IMG/VR virus record: IMGVR_UViG_3300022177_000005
Span: 1-37,948 of that record
Length of the DNA stretch: 37,948 nt
Direction: 5' to 3' (one strand)
Source of the DNA: a virus
Taxonomy: Duplodnaviria > Caudoviricetes
A program made the translations under genes and the position numbers. The first letter of the stretch is position 1. The number at the start of each line of letters is the position of its first letter. Of the stretch, positions 9,437 through 17,115 are shown piece by piece. A model generated the notes under the pieces. That model worked only from the letters and a program-made list of their open reading frames with translations, was not told the DNA's origin and did no database searches.

Positions 9437-9733
9437 CTACCCCATAAACCGGCGCAGCGATGTGCTGAAAGGGTCAGTCCCGAATCCCGGCATTACGGGA
9501 TCCGCCTTCACCCCTGTTGCAGCTCCCGCCGCGCCGCCCAGCAAATTCCCGGCCATTCCGGGGATCACAGATTTCATCGCTCCCTGCGCTCCGCCGCTCA
9601 TCGCCCCGCCCAGGGCGTTTCCGATCATGCCGCCCACGGGACCGGCCACCGCAGTGCCGATAGGCCCGAGGGCAAGCCCCAGGGCATCCCATAACGTAAA
9701 GTTGTTTTGACGTGGTACATTGATCACTGCCAT
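9437..9733 (-). CDS. Small Gly-rich putative ejection protein
   Basis: 98 aa with a glycine-zipper-like hydrophobic core; N-terminus similar to that of 8210-9430. Confidence 0.65.
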   Translation of the reverse strand: MAVINVPRQNNFTLWDALGLALGPIGTAVAGPVGGMIGNALGGAMSGGAQGAMKSVIPGMAGNLLGGAAGAATGVKADPVMPGFGTDPFSTSLRRFMG

Positions 9734-9743
9734 GGATCTCGCC

Positions 9744-10376
9744 TCACTTTCCGCCGCCCTGCTCGACTACCGTGTCGGGCAGCTGGGCGATCCTCAGGTC
9801 GTTGAACAGCTTGTACAGTGACGTCCCCGGAGCCAGGAGCGACGCCCCGCCCGCAGCGCCCTGAGCCAGGGAACCCGACATGTCCCCGTAAGCCTTTCCG
9901 GCCGTAATGGCCGCCTCTTGGGGCTTGTATGCTGTTCCCGCAAGAAATTGTGCGCTGTTGAGATAATTCTGGGCGAAAGCGTTCGACGCCTGCCGGGAAA
10001 TATCCCGGAGCCCCGTATTCATGCCTGTGCTGCCGATAGTCCCCGTCGCCCCTAGCCGACTCACCATCGATCCCAGGCTGTTGTTCGCGTTCTCGTTGAT
10101 CGCCTTCGAGAAGTTCTCCACGTACCCTGCGGGCAATTGCCCCGCCTGAAGCTGCCCCATCAGGGCGTCACCCTGCCCCTGGTATTGCGGCAGCTTCGAG
10201 TACCCCTGCTCCATCCGGTCCTGGTAGCCCAGGATGCGCTTCATGTAATCCGGCAGCCGCCCGATCAGGTCCTGGGCCCCTCCCGTGATCCCCTCGCGCA
10301 GGAGGCGTTCGTACTCCTGTTCAGCCGGGAGCTCCTTCGGCACCTGCGTCACCTTTGTATCCGGTCCGCTTCCCAT
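9744..10376 (-). CDS. Putative ejection (pilot) protein
   Basis: 210 aa, MGSG start, Gly/Ala-rich; position typical of the first ejection gene. Confidence 0.65.
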   Translation of the reverse strand: MGSGPDTKVTQVPKELPAEQEYERLLREGITGGAQDLIGRLPDYMKRILGYQDRMEQGYSKLPQYQGQGDALMGQLQAGQLPAGYVENFSKAINENANNSLGSMVSRLGATGTIGSTGMNTGLRDISRQASNAFAQNYLNSAQFLAGTAYKPQEAAITAGKAYGDMSGSLAQGAAGGASLLAPGTSLYKLFNDLRIAQLPDTVVEQGGGK

Positions 10377-10715
10377 CTACTTCACCTCCCGCTCCATAAT
10401 GAAGCCGCGAATTTTCGCCTTGTAGCGCCTCATGAAAAATTTCGGCCTCTTCGTAAAGGAAACGATCTTTTTGCATCCCAGACGGTGTGCTTCTTCCAGG
10501 ACCCTCCGTTCCCAGAAGAGCCCGTCTCCGGCCACCTTCCCAAGATGGAGGTCCGTATCCTCGGCAGTCAGCCACCAGCTCATGAACCCCTTCTCCGGGT
10601 CGAATTCGATGTTTTCAAGGTGATTGAACCGGGCCTTCGCCCCAGTCTTCGCCTCGTAAAATTCCACCCATTCCACCAGGGATCCTCCCACCGGCGGCTT
10701 CATTCCCCGGGTCAT
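10377..10715 (-). CDS. Small phage protein, possibly GNAT-like
   Basis: 112 aa; EEAHRLGCKKIVSFT resembles the acetyltransferase-fold genes found before podovirus ejection genes. Confidence 0.5.
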   Translation of the reverse strand: MTRGMKPPVGGSLVEWVEFYEAKTGAKARFNHLENIEFDPEKGFMSWWLTAEDTDLHLGKVAGDGLFWERRVLEEAHRLGCKKIVSFTKRPKFFMRRYKAKIRGFIMEREVK

Positions 10716-11251
10716 TTCTCCTCCTTGAGGTTGTATTGCTCTAGGATCTCCTCGTACCGTTTCGCGTGGTATTCAGGATCGCTTTTTTTCACCTGGTTCT
10801 CTTCCTCTTCCGGCACGGCTGCAGCCTCCTGTTTTTTCACCAGCTTCACGGTCACCGGAGGCTCCTCTTTTTTCTTCTTCCCGAGCTTCGTGATTTCCGA
10901 ACCGTCCCAGGCTTTTTTCGCGAACAGCCCCAAAATTATGGTCCCGGCCAGGTCCGTGTAATACTCCGGCAGTTCAAGCACCGGCAGCTTCATCCCCAGC
11001 CCCATGAGCAGCGGTGCGACAATGTGATTGAACGCCACCACTGCGCTTAAAAGCCACAAAATGCACGGGATCGCCCCCGCCACGAAGGGGCTGTGATTCG
11101 ACAGCCATGACTGCTGCACCTTCAGCCGCTCGATGTCGGCCTGGACGTCGAGCTTTTCCAGTTCGTATTGAAGCTCCGTTGCCTGGTTCGGGTTTTGGAT
11201 CACCTTGCCGATGATACTTTCCAGCGCCGGTACTATTTCAAGGATATTCAC
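10712..11251 (-). CDS. Holin, GTA 3TM-like
   Basis: Probable GTG start at 11251 overlapping the upstream stop; IIGKVI.NP, SPFVAGAIPCILW and further hydrophobic segments; within the lysis cluster. Confidence 0.75.
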   Translation of the reverse strand: MNILEIVPALESIIGKVIQNPNQATELQYELEKLDVQADIERLKVQQSWLSNHSPFVAGAIPCILWLLSAVVAFNHIVAPLLMGLGMKLPVLELPEYYTDLAGTIILGLFAKKAWDGSEITKLGKKKKEEPPVTVKLVKKQEAAAVPEEEENQVKKSDPEYHAKRYEEILEQYNLKEEK

Positions 11252-11631
11252 TTCTTCACCCCCAGAAGGTACGTGATCACGGACACAAGAACCCCTGTCC
11301 CAACGATCCACACGCCGTTGCGGACTGCAGATCCTATGAACATGCTCCACCAGTCGTCGTGTGTGGAATCCGGATGCTCCATCCGATGGCGTCCGTATTT
11401 CACCACCGGCTCCCGTTCGAGGCACCTGCGCTCGATTCCGTAGATGCTCTCCTGATGTCTGTCGAGCACCGTCTCGATCTTCAGGATCTTCCCCTCGGCA
11501 ATCTCGATCCGCTGTGACTGGAGCGCCTGCGTCGTCGCTATGTTCGCCAGCTGTTTCAGCGTCTCTTTTATCTCCGATATGTCCCTGCTCAGTGTCTGCA
11601 GCGCTACGCTTTGGGAATCGATGCAGTCCAC
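11248..11631 (-). CDS. Coiled-coil protein with C-terminal TM (lysis-cassette membrane protein)
   Basis: 127 aa between endolysin and holin; ends VWIVGTGVLVSVITYLLGVKK. Confidence 0.6.
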   Translation of the reverse strand: MDCIDSQSVALQTLSRDISEIKETLKQLANIATTQALQSQRIEIAEGKILKIETVLDRHQESIYGIERRCLEREPVVKYGRHRMEHPDSTHDDWWSMFIGSAVRNGVWIVGTGVLVSVITYLLGVKK

Positions 11632-12026
11632 CCCCTGACGGTATTGGACTGGGGTATCCTCACGTCCACGTGGACCACGTTGTCGTCCACCTTGTACGCG
11701 TACCCCACATAGATCCGGTCATCGATCACCAGCTTCCGGATAAAGGTGATCAGCCTGTCCGAGTCCCATCCGGGGATGCGGATATCCGCAGCCTCGCAGC
11801 TCAGGTGGCGCGACCTCATCGCTCCGCCGACCTTCTTGTTGTGCTCCCTGCACCTGCATCCGGACGTGACGTAGATCGGTATGTCGGTTTCGTTCATGGA
11901 CATCCGGTTCGCATGGTCACGAATCTTCTGCAGCGTGGCAAGGAGCAGCGGGTTCTCCTTGAAGAACCCGCAACCGCACTTGCACTCGAATTCCTTCCTC
12001 GAGAAATCCCTCGTCAGGTCTCCCAT
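11604..12026 (-). CDS. Endolysin, peptidase M15A family
   Basis: FSRKEFECKCGCG, VTSGCRC..HN..VGG...SRH...AADI, VHVDVR. Confidence 0.9.
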   Translation of the reverse strand: MGDLTRDFSRKEFECKCGCGFFKENPLLLATLQKIRDHANRMSMNETDIPIYVTSGCRCREHNKKVGGAMRSRHLSCEAADIRIPGWDSDRLITFIRKLVIDDRIYVGYAYKVDDNVVHVDVRIPQSNTVRGWTASIPKA

Positions 12027-12030
12027 GGGA

Positions 12031-13443
12031 CTACTCCTTCATGATGATCCCGATGACGGAGTCAGCTCCTCCGGACAGGATCCCTTCGACTTCAGGAGTG
12101 TCCTCCCCTCCGGAGAGTTCCCCTGTCTGCACGTTCAGCAGCGGCAGCGTGCCGTTCACGGTCTGCTTGTCGGGCTCGTCGAATGCGACCGGCGGAGATG
12201 CCGTCCAGGTGGAATCCGCCTCGACAGTAAGCCCGGCTATATGATCGGCGTACAGCGGGCAGGTAACCGTCCGCAGGATCGCCTGTATGGCGGCAGCCGT
12301 GTTGTTGCCCGGAGTTGTATTCGCAAGCTTCAGCGTCACGTTGGGCAACCCTTCGATCAATTCACCCTCGGCTATTGCAAGCGCATCGGAGGTGTTCACC
12401 TCGATCGTGCCGAGAAGGTTGTGGAGCACGGCCTGCCCGTCGGTTCCGACAGCCCCGGACGTGATGGTGAGCACACCAAGGCTTGTGTACGTTTCACCGT
12501 CAACATCGTAGAGAGTCACTGTGCTGACAGCCTTTGTACCCGCAGGAGGAGAAGCGTCGTATGCCGCGTTGCCAGTCACCGTCATGGCCGATATGTCGTA
12601 TTCTCCCGCTGTCGCCAGCGCCCGCACAGCAGTCTCGATCGCAGTGTCGGCGTTCTTCTCCCGTGTAGTGGTCGCCAGCTTGATGAGTATCTGGTCCGTC
12701 TCTGCCGGGTTCGTCACGGAGAGTGTGTCGGTGGTATTATTCTCGACGCGGATGGTCACTCCGTTCCCGTCGATTCCTCCGTGCCCCGCAGTGAACGTCA
12801 GGCTCCTGTCGTTCTCCATGTCGAGGACGGACGCCGCCTTCACCCCGACGGGAGGGGCAGCCGTGTACTCGTCCGACGCCACGACCGTCAGCGCAGATAC
12901 ATCCACGTCGTCCACCGTGCCGAGCGCCTGGATGGCGGCCTGTATCAGTGCTGCCGTGTTCTTCGACGCAGTTGTGTCCGCCAGCAGAACGGTCACCGAT
13001 CTCCCCTCTGCGGATGCCGACAGTGTATCCTCGTCGTCCGTCTGGAAGATAAAGACCAGACCGTCGCCACGGGTGCCCTTCACGCCGGACGTGATGGTCA
13101 GCGTCTTGTCCTCCCCGAAGTCCACGGTCGCCGATGATGCCGTCTCGCCGAGCTGTACCGTAGGCGACGCGCTCGTCCCGCTCCTCACCTTCAGCGCCCG
13201 GAACGGGGCGAGCGAGAGCGCGATGCTGTCGAGAGAGGTGATTGCTCCGGGGGTCACTGTCGCGCTTACCTCGAGGCCGCTGGCGTCGTATAGGTTCTTC
13301 GTGTTGAAATCCACGTCCCCGCCCTGGAACGTGATGGTCGTGCCTGTGAAGCTGTCCGGCACATCGATCGCCAGGAACTTCGTCTTCCACTGCGAGATTG
13401 CGGATGAAAGGGACTCGCCGCCCTTGATCACTGCTGTCTGCAT
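12031..13443 (-). CDS. Virion appendage protein with three nested sheath-like repeats
   Basis: 470 aa; three ~100-aa repeats (LTITSG..G..G...LA.TT..KN..A.I..A) and closing LSGGED / LSGGAD motifs. Confidence 0.7.
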   Translation of the reverse strand: MQTAVIKGGESLSSAISQWKTKFLAIDVPDSFTGTTITFQGGDVDFNTKNLYDASGLEVSATVTPGAITSLDSIALSLAPFRALKVRSGTSASPTVQLGETASSATVDFGEDKTLTITSGVKGTRGDGLVFIFQTDDEDTLSASAEGRSVTVLLADTTASKNTAALIQAAIQALGTVDDVDVSALTVVASDEYTAAPPVGVKAASVLDMENDRSLTFTAGHGGIDGNGVTIRVENNTTDTLSVTNPAETDQILIKLATTTREKNADTAIETAVRALATAGEYDISAMTVTGNAAYDASPPAGTKAVSTVTLYDVDGETYTSLGVLTITSGAVGTDGQAVLHNLLGTIEVNTSDALAIAEGELIEGLPNVTLKLANTTPGNNTAAAIQAILRTVTCPLYADHIAGLTVEADSTWTASPPVAFDEPDKQTVNGTLPLLNVQTGELSGGEDTPEVEGILSGGADSVIGIIMKE

Positions 13444-13462
13444 CCTACATTCCCCCTTCTAT

Positions 13463-13819
13463 TCATATGTCCTCCGGAATCTCTCCCGGCTCCGACAGCT
13501 CTCCCCACCAACCGTCAGGCAGGGCATCGTGAAACTCGACTGCACCTGATGCTATCTCGTCTGCCCAGTAGCTGGACATCTGTTCAATCTCTTCCTCAGA
13601 AAAAGGATGGCACACGGCGCACCGTCCGTCATCCGCTACCGCAGGGGAGGTGAGGTTGACAGGGTGCATGCCCGTGTATTCCCCGTCCTGATACTGTGGG
13701 GATTGGTACAACCACAGTCCGCTGTCGAGCACCACCAGACCGTCGAGTCCCTGCGGAGTCATCTGGCCTACACAACTATTGAACGTCTCCCTGTTTGCGA
13801 ACGTCACGATCACGGGCAA
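13463..13819 (-). CDS. Hypothetical acidic phage protein
   Basis: 118 aa, TTG start after GAGGAGGTG; fits the operon. Confidence 0.65.
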   Translation of the reverse strand: MPVIVTFANRETFNSCVGQMTPQGLDGLVVLDSGLWLYQSPQYQDGEYTGMHPVNLTSPAVADDGRCAVCHPFSEEEIEQMSSYWADEIASGAVEFHDALPDGWWGELSEPGEIPEDI

Positions 13820-13925
13820 TCACCTCCTCGATGCGCCGTTTCGTGTCGGCGATTCTGGCCTTCTTGGTGAGGGGACGCTTCCATTTTTCTAACGCTTTGG
13901 GGCTTGCTGTCACTGGGATTTTCAT
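13776..13925 (-). CDS. Small basic hypothetical protein (49 aa)
   Basis: ATG overlaps the upstream stop (ATGA), RBS AGGGGTG; overlaps the next gene by 44 nt. Confidence 0.4.
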   Translation of the reverse strand: MKIPVTASPKALEKWKRPLTKKARIADTKRRIEEVIARDRDVRKQGDVQ

Positions 13926-14674
13926 ATCGTCACCCCTCTGGGAGCGAGAGTCCGCTTTGCCCATGCATACGCCTGTGCGAATTCTCCGTCAGTCAGCGGA
14001 CGGTCCCATGACAGGACGAGGTAGATATCGCCTTTTGCTCTTGTTAAGCTTATAGAATAGATTCCATATCCAATATGCGTGAATTTATAGTTATTGTCAG
14101 TCCACCCTCCGGCTATGCTCCTGAAAGCACTTTTTACTCCAGCCAGATATAAAGAGACTTCGACTGTTGCACTCAAGACATCCTGTTTTGCACCGACACA
14201 CAAAATCTGGTCATTAAATGCGCCCCCCATGCTAAGGGCGAACTCGCCCATCCCTGGGATAGAATAGCCCACTCGTATGTCCTGATTATCATATGAGTAC
14301 GTGAGTGCCGCTCTTCTATTGGCACTTCCAAGCACAGCGTAGTAACCGGTCTCGTCAGGTGCTGTCTTGAAAACCACCATTACACTGTTCCCGTTCTGCG
14401 TGTTCCACGGCATTGGGTTCCACACTATGGGGACCACATCATCCACCCCGTCGAACTTCAGGCTGTTCCCCGTCCACGCAGGGTCATCCGTGGATGCGCT
14501 CGTTGTCGCACCCAGCGTGCCGTGGTTGCCGAGGCCGGAGTAGTCGGTGAGGGTCTGGGCCTCGCCAGTTGTGTTCACCTGTCTCCACGGGTCGTACCAC
14601 GCCACAAGCCCCCTGCGCAGGGACGGGGGAAGTCCCCCGCCGCCTGCCGAGGACATCAGTAGAAGATCGCTCAT
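13922..14674 (-). CDS. LamG/ConA-like tail-associated protein (possible receptor binding)
   Basis: GLVAWYD, LTDYSGLGNHGTL, LKFDGVDD, WDRPLTDGE. Confidence 0.75.
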   Translation of the reverse strand: MSDLLLMSSAGGGGLPPSLRRGLVAWYDPWRQVNTTGEAQTLTDYSGLGNHGTLGATTSASTDDPAWTGNSLKFDGVDDVVPIVWNPMPWNTQNGNSVMVVFKTAPDETGYYAVLGSANRRAALTYSYDNQDIRVGYSIPGMGEFALSMGGAFNDQILCVGAKQDVLSATVEVSLYLAGVKSAFRSIAGGWTDNNYKFTHIGYGIYSISLTRAKGDIYLVLSWDRPLTDGEFAQAYAWAKRTLAPRGVTI

Positions 14675-14684
14675 GTCATCACCC

Positions 14685-15533
14685 CTATGTGGCGGCGCCG
14701 ATCACGCCGACGCAGAAGTTGGATATCTGAAAGTTCTGGACCCCACGCATGTATACCTTCAGGAGCTTCTCCCCGGCAGACGAGAAGTAAACCATCTTCC
14801 CGTTGAGACCGGCCGCCTTCGCCCCGACATCTTCGTAGGCGTAAATTGGATTTTCCTGCTCCGTGTATCCGGTGATGGTCCTCGTCCTCGCCTTCTCCTC
14901 GACGTACGCACCCGCATTGGTCCCGATCACCATCGTGGCGTCCATGGTGATCTTCACCGTGTCGTAGATCTCCTCCGCTCCACCCCATGCCACCACGTTG
15001 TATCCGCACCCGAAGGAGTAGACCCCCGCAGACGGGATGGTGATGCTGAACGTCTTTACAAGGGTGTACGTCGAAATGTCCGTGGCCGCCAGTGTGTGCC
15101 CGGCGAAGTTCTCGTAGAAGGCGAACGCGTTGCTCGTCTCGCCCTCGGGGAATGTGAAGCTCAGCTCGTGAGTGTGCCCTCCGCCCTCAGGGAACTCGTT
15201 CGTCGTCTCGAGGGTGCAGGTCAGCGGAGTCTCCATGGCGATGGTGACGCTGTCCACCTCGGGATCCTCCGACACGATCTCCAGTCCGTCCCCCGCCAGC
15301 ACGTTCGACCCGAAGTCCAGCGCTCCAGTCGGCAGTTTCCCGTTCTCGTCGGTAATGAGGATGACGTGCGCGGCAGGCTCAAGCGACGTGTCGTATCCGT
15401 CCACCTTGTCCGCATTCACAATGGGGGGATACCCCTCCGTGATGGCGGCAAGCTCCTTCCCCTTCTCCCGTATCGCCCCCGGGATGTCCTTCACGTACAG
15501 GTTGTCCGCAGGGACACTTGCGTTATATGCCAT
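14685..15533 (-). CDS. Tail fibre-like protein
   Basis: 282 aa; MAYNASVPAD start, NADKVDG and GHTH fibre motifs; follows the nozzle region. Confidence 0.65.
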   Translation of the reverse strand: MAYNASVPADNLYVKDIPGAIREKGKELAAITEGYPPIVNADKVDGYDTSLEPAAHVILITDENGKLPTGALDFGSNVLAGDGLEIVSEDPEVDSVTIAMETPLTCTLETTNEFPEGGGHTHELSFTFPEGETSNAFAFYENFAGHTLAATDISTYTLVKTFSITIPSAGVYSFGCGYNVVAWGGAEEIYDTVKITMDATMVIGTNAGAYVEEKARTRTITGYTEQENPIYAYEDVGAKAAGLNGKMVYFSSAGEKLLKVYMRGVQNFQISNFCVGVIGAAT

Positions 15534-15544
15534 TTAATTCCCTC

Positions 15545-15724
15545 CTATATCTCCGCATGCTCCACGGAGATCTGCCGTATCCTCGTCCTGCCGGACCTGC
15601 TCAGGATCGTCATTGCAAGCCCGCTGTGCTGGAGGAGCTGCCTCGTTTCGAGCCGCTTCTCACCGACAGCTGAATCGCAGATCAACAGGTTCTGGTTCAC
15701 GTACACCTCAAGCCTGCATGCCAT
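15545..15724 (-). CDS. 59-aa ORF missing from the ORF track; resembles a nozzle C-terminus
   Basis: MACRLEVYVNQNLLICDSAVGEKRLETRQLLQHSGLAMTILSRSGRTRIRQISVEHAEI*; RBS GAGGTG; in frame with 15734-17104 across one TGA. Confidence 0.7.
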   Translation of the reverse strand: MACRLEVYVNQNLLICDSAVGEKRLETRQLLQHSGLAMTILSRSGRTRIRQISVEHAEI

Positions 15725-15733
15725 GCCATCACC

Positions 15734-17104
15734 TCAGAACTTGTTCACGAACGGATGGGTGAGCAGCACGGTTTTGCTGTTCATCTCACCGACGTTCGAG
15801 ATCTGGAGTATCTTGTTGTAGTTATGAGGGATGCAGTAGATCCGTCCGTTGGGGGCGAGCACCCCACCCGCCCACTTTCCGACATCTGATGACACCATAC
15901 CTGCCGACTTTATGGAGTCGTCCGTCGGGTCGATCCTGTCCACCGATGACATCGTATATGGGATGCAGTAGATGTGTCCGTTCGGCGCAAGAACCCCGCC
16001 AGAGAAGGCATGCTGTCCATACGAAAGGTAGCCATTGTAGTTTTTGCTTGTAATAATCGTTTGGGTTAGTGGAGGCATAGTTATTTTTGCAGTGTATTTG
16101 TTTGTAGTTATAGTGCTGCCGCTTGAATAGTATGCTAACCTTCCGATCGGAGCGTAGATGTTTCCGTTCGGAGCGAGGATAGCCCCGCACTGTCCGTCAT
16201 AGAAATAACCCGATATGACCCCGATCGAGCAATCTATCGTTTCGGCCCCGCTATCCAGGTTGATACATGAACAGCAATCCCCCCTGCCGGATATGCCGCC
16301 AGAAAATGAAGTGGCGGCATATCCGGTCGGATGGAGCGCAAGACCGCCCCCTTTTATGGCGGAGGACCGTGTGAACGCTATATCTGACGACGGGCCTATC
16401 ACAAGCATGCTTCCGATTGTGCTCCCGTTCGTCCCCGGGTCTGGACAGCAGTATATGTACCCGTCCGGACCGAGGACCCCGCCTGCCCATTTCCCAGTGC
16501 TTTCCGAAAGTCCCTCTATAAGTGAGGTGCTGTCGTCTGACGGATTTATGACGAGGACGCTCGTCGAATTATGAGGAACTCCATATATCTTCCCATTGCG
16601 CCCCACGACTCCGCCCTTCCATTTCGCTGTCCCCTCGAAGTCGCCGAAGAAGGAGACTGCATTGGTCCTCGGGTCGATCTTCAGTATCCTTGTATCGTTG
16701 TACGGGATCCCGTAGATCATGCCGCTCTCGGCCATGCATCCGCCCCACCACTTCCCTGAACCGGACAGGTCATTCCCTCCATCGAAGTAGGAGAGAACCT
16801 CTTCAGTCTCATAGGTGGATATGGTCGAGAAGACGGATATAAAGTTGTCGAACTCGAGCTGCGGATTGTAGACTCCCTCGAAGTGATAATCAGGCGCCCA
16901 CGGATCCCACGGGATTTCCCCGTCGTCCCACGGCCCCAAATCCCACGGCATCTCGTAGTCTGAATCCACGGACGTCTCCCATACCCCGTTGACGTCGAGC
17001 GCGAGGTGCTTCATCAGCTTCCGTCCCGCGCCTGAATGGATTTTGGGGAGACGGAGGATAGCCTCTATTGGAGGCTGGTTTACAGATTCAACAGTAAATG
17101 ACAT
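15734..17104 (-). CDS. Beta-propeller repeat protein (GGVLAPNG.IYCIP repeats) with a nozzle-like N-terminal segment
   Basis: About 6-7 blades such as KWAGGVLAPNGRIYCIPHN; own RBS GGAGGGGAG. Confidence 0.8.
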   Translation of the reverse strand: MSFTVESVNQPPIEAILRLPKIHSGAGRKLMKHLALDVNGVWETSVDSDYEMPWDLGPWDDGEIPWDPWAPDYHFEGVYNPQLEFDNFISVFSTISTYETEEVLSYFDGGNDLSGSGKWWGGCMAESGMIYGIPYNDTRILKIDPRTNAVSFFGDFEGTAKWKGGVVGRNGKIYGVPHNSTSVLVINPSDDSTSLIEGLSESTGKWAGGVLGPDGYIYCCPDPGTNGSTIGSMLVIGPSSDIAFTRSSAIKGGGLALHPTGYAATSFSGGISGRGDCCSCINLDSGAETIDCSIGVISGYFYDGQCGAILAPNGNIYAPIGRLAYYSSGSTITTNKYTAKITMPPLTQTIITSKNYNGYLSYGQHAFSGGVLAPNGHIYCIPYTMSSVDRIDPTDDSIKSAGMVSSDVGKWAGGVLAPNGRIYCIPHNYNKILQISNVGEMNSKTVLLTHPFVNKF

Positions 17105-17115
17105 TATCTCCCCTC

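Noticed and set aside
12031-13443. True contractile tail sheath (myovirus)
   Set aside because: No conserved sheath C-terminal domain, and no tube, baseplate or tape measure genes
15725-15736. Selenocysteine recoding of the in-frame TGA
   Set aside because: No convincing SECIS-like hairpin recognised by eye, NKF looks like a natural propeller C-terminus, and GAGGTG can serve as RBS for the downstream ATG
13922-17104. Diversity-generating retroelement acting on tail genes
   Set aside because: No reverse transcriptase and no TR/VR pair differing at adenines seen in the window
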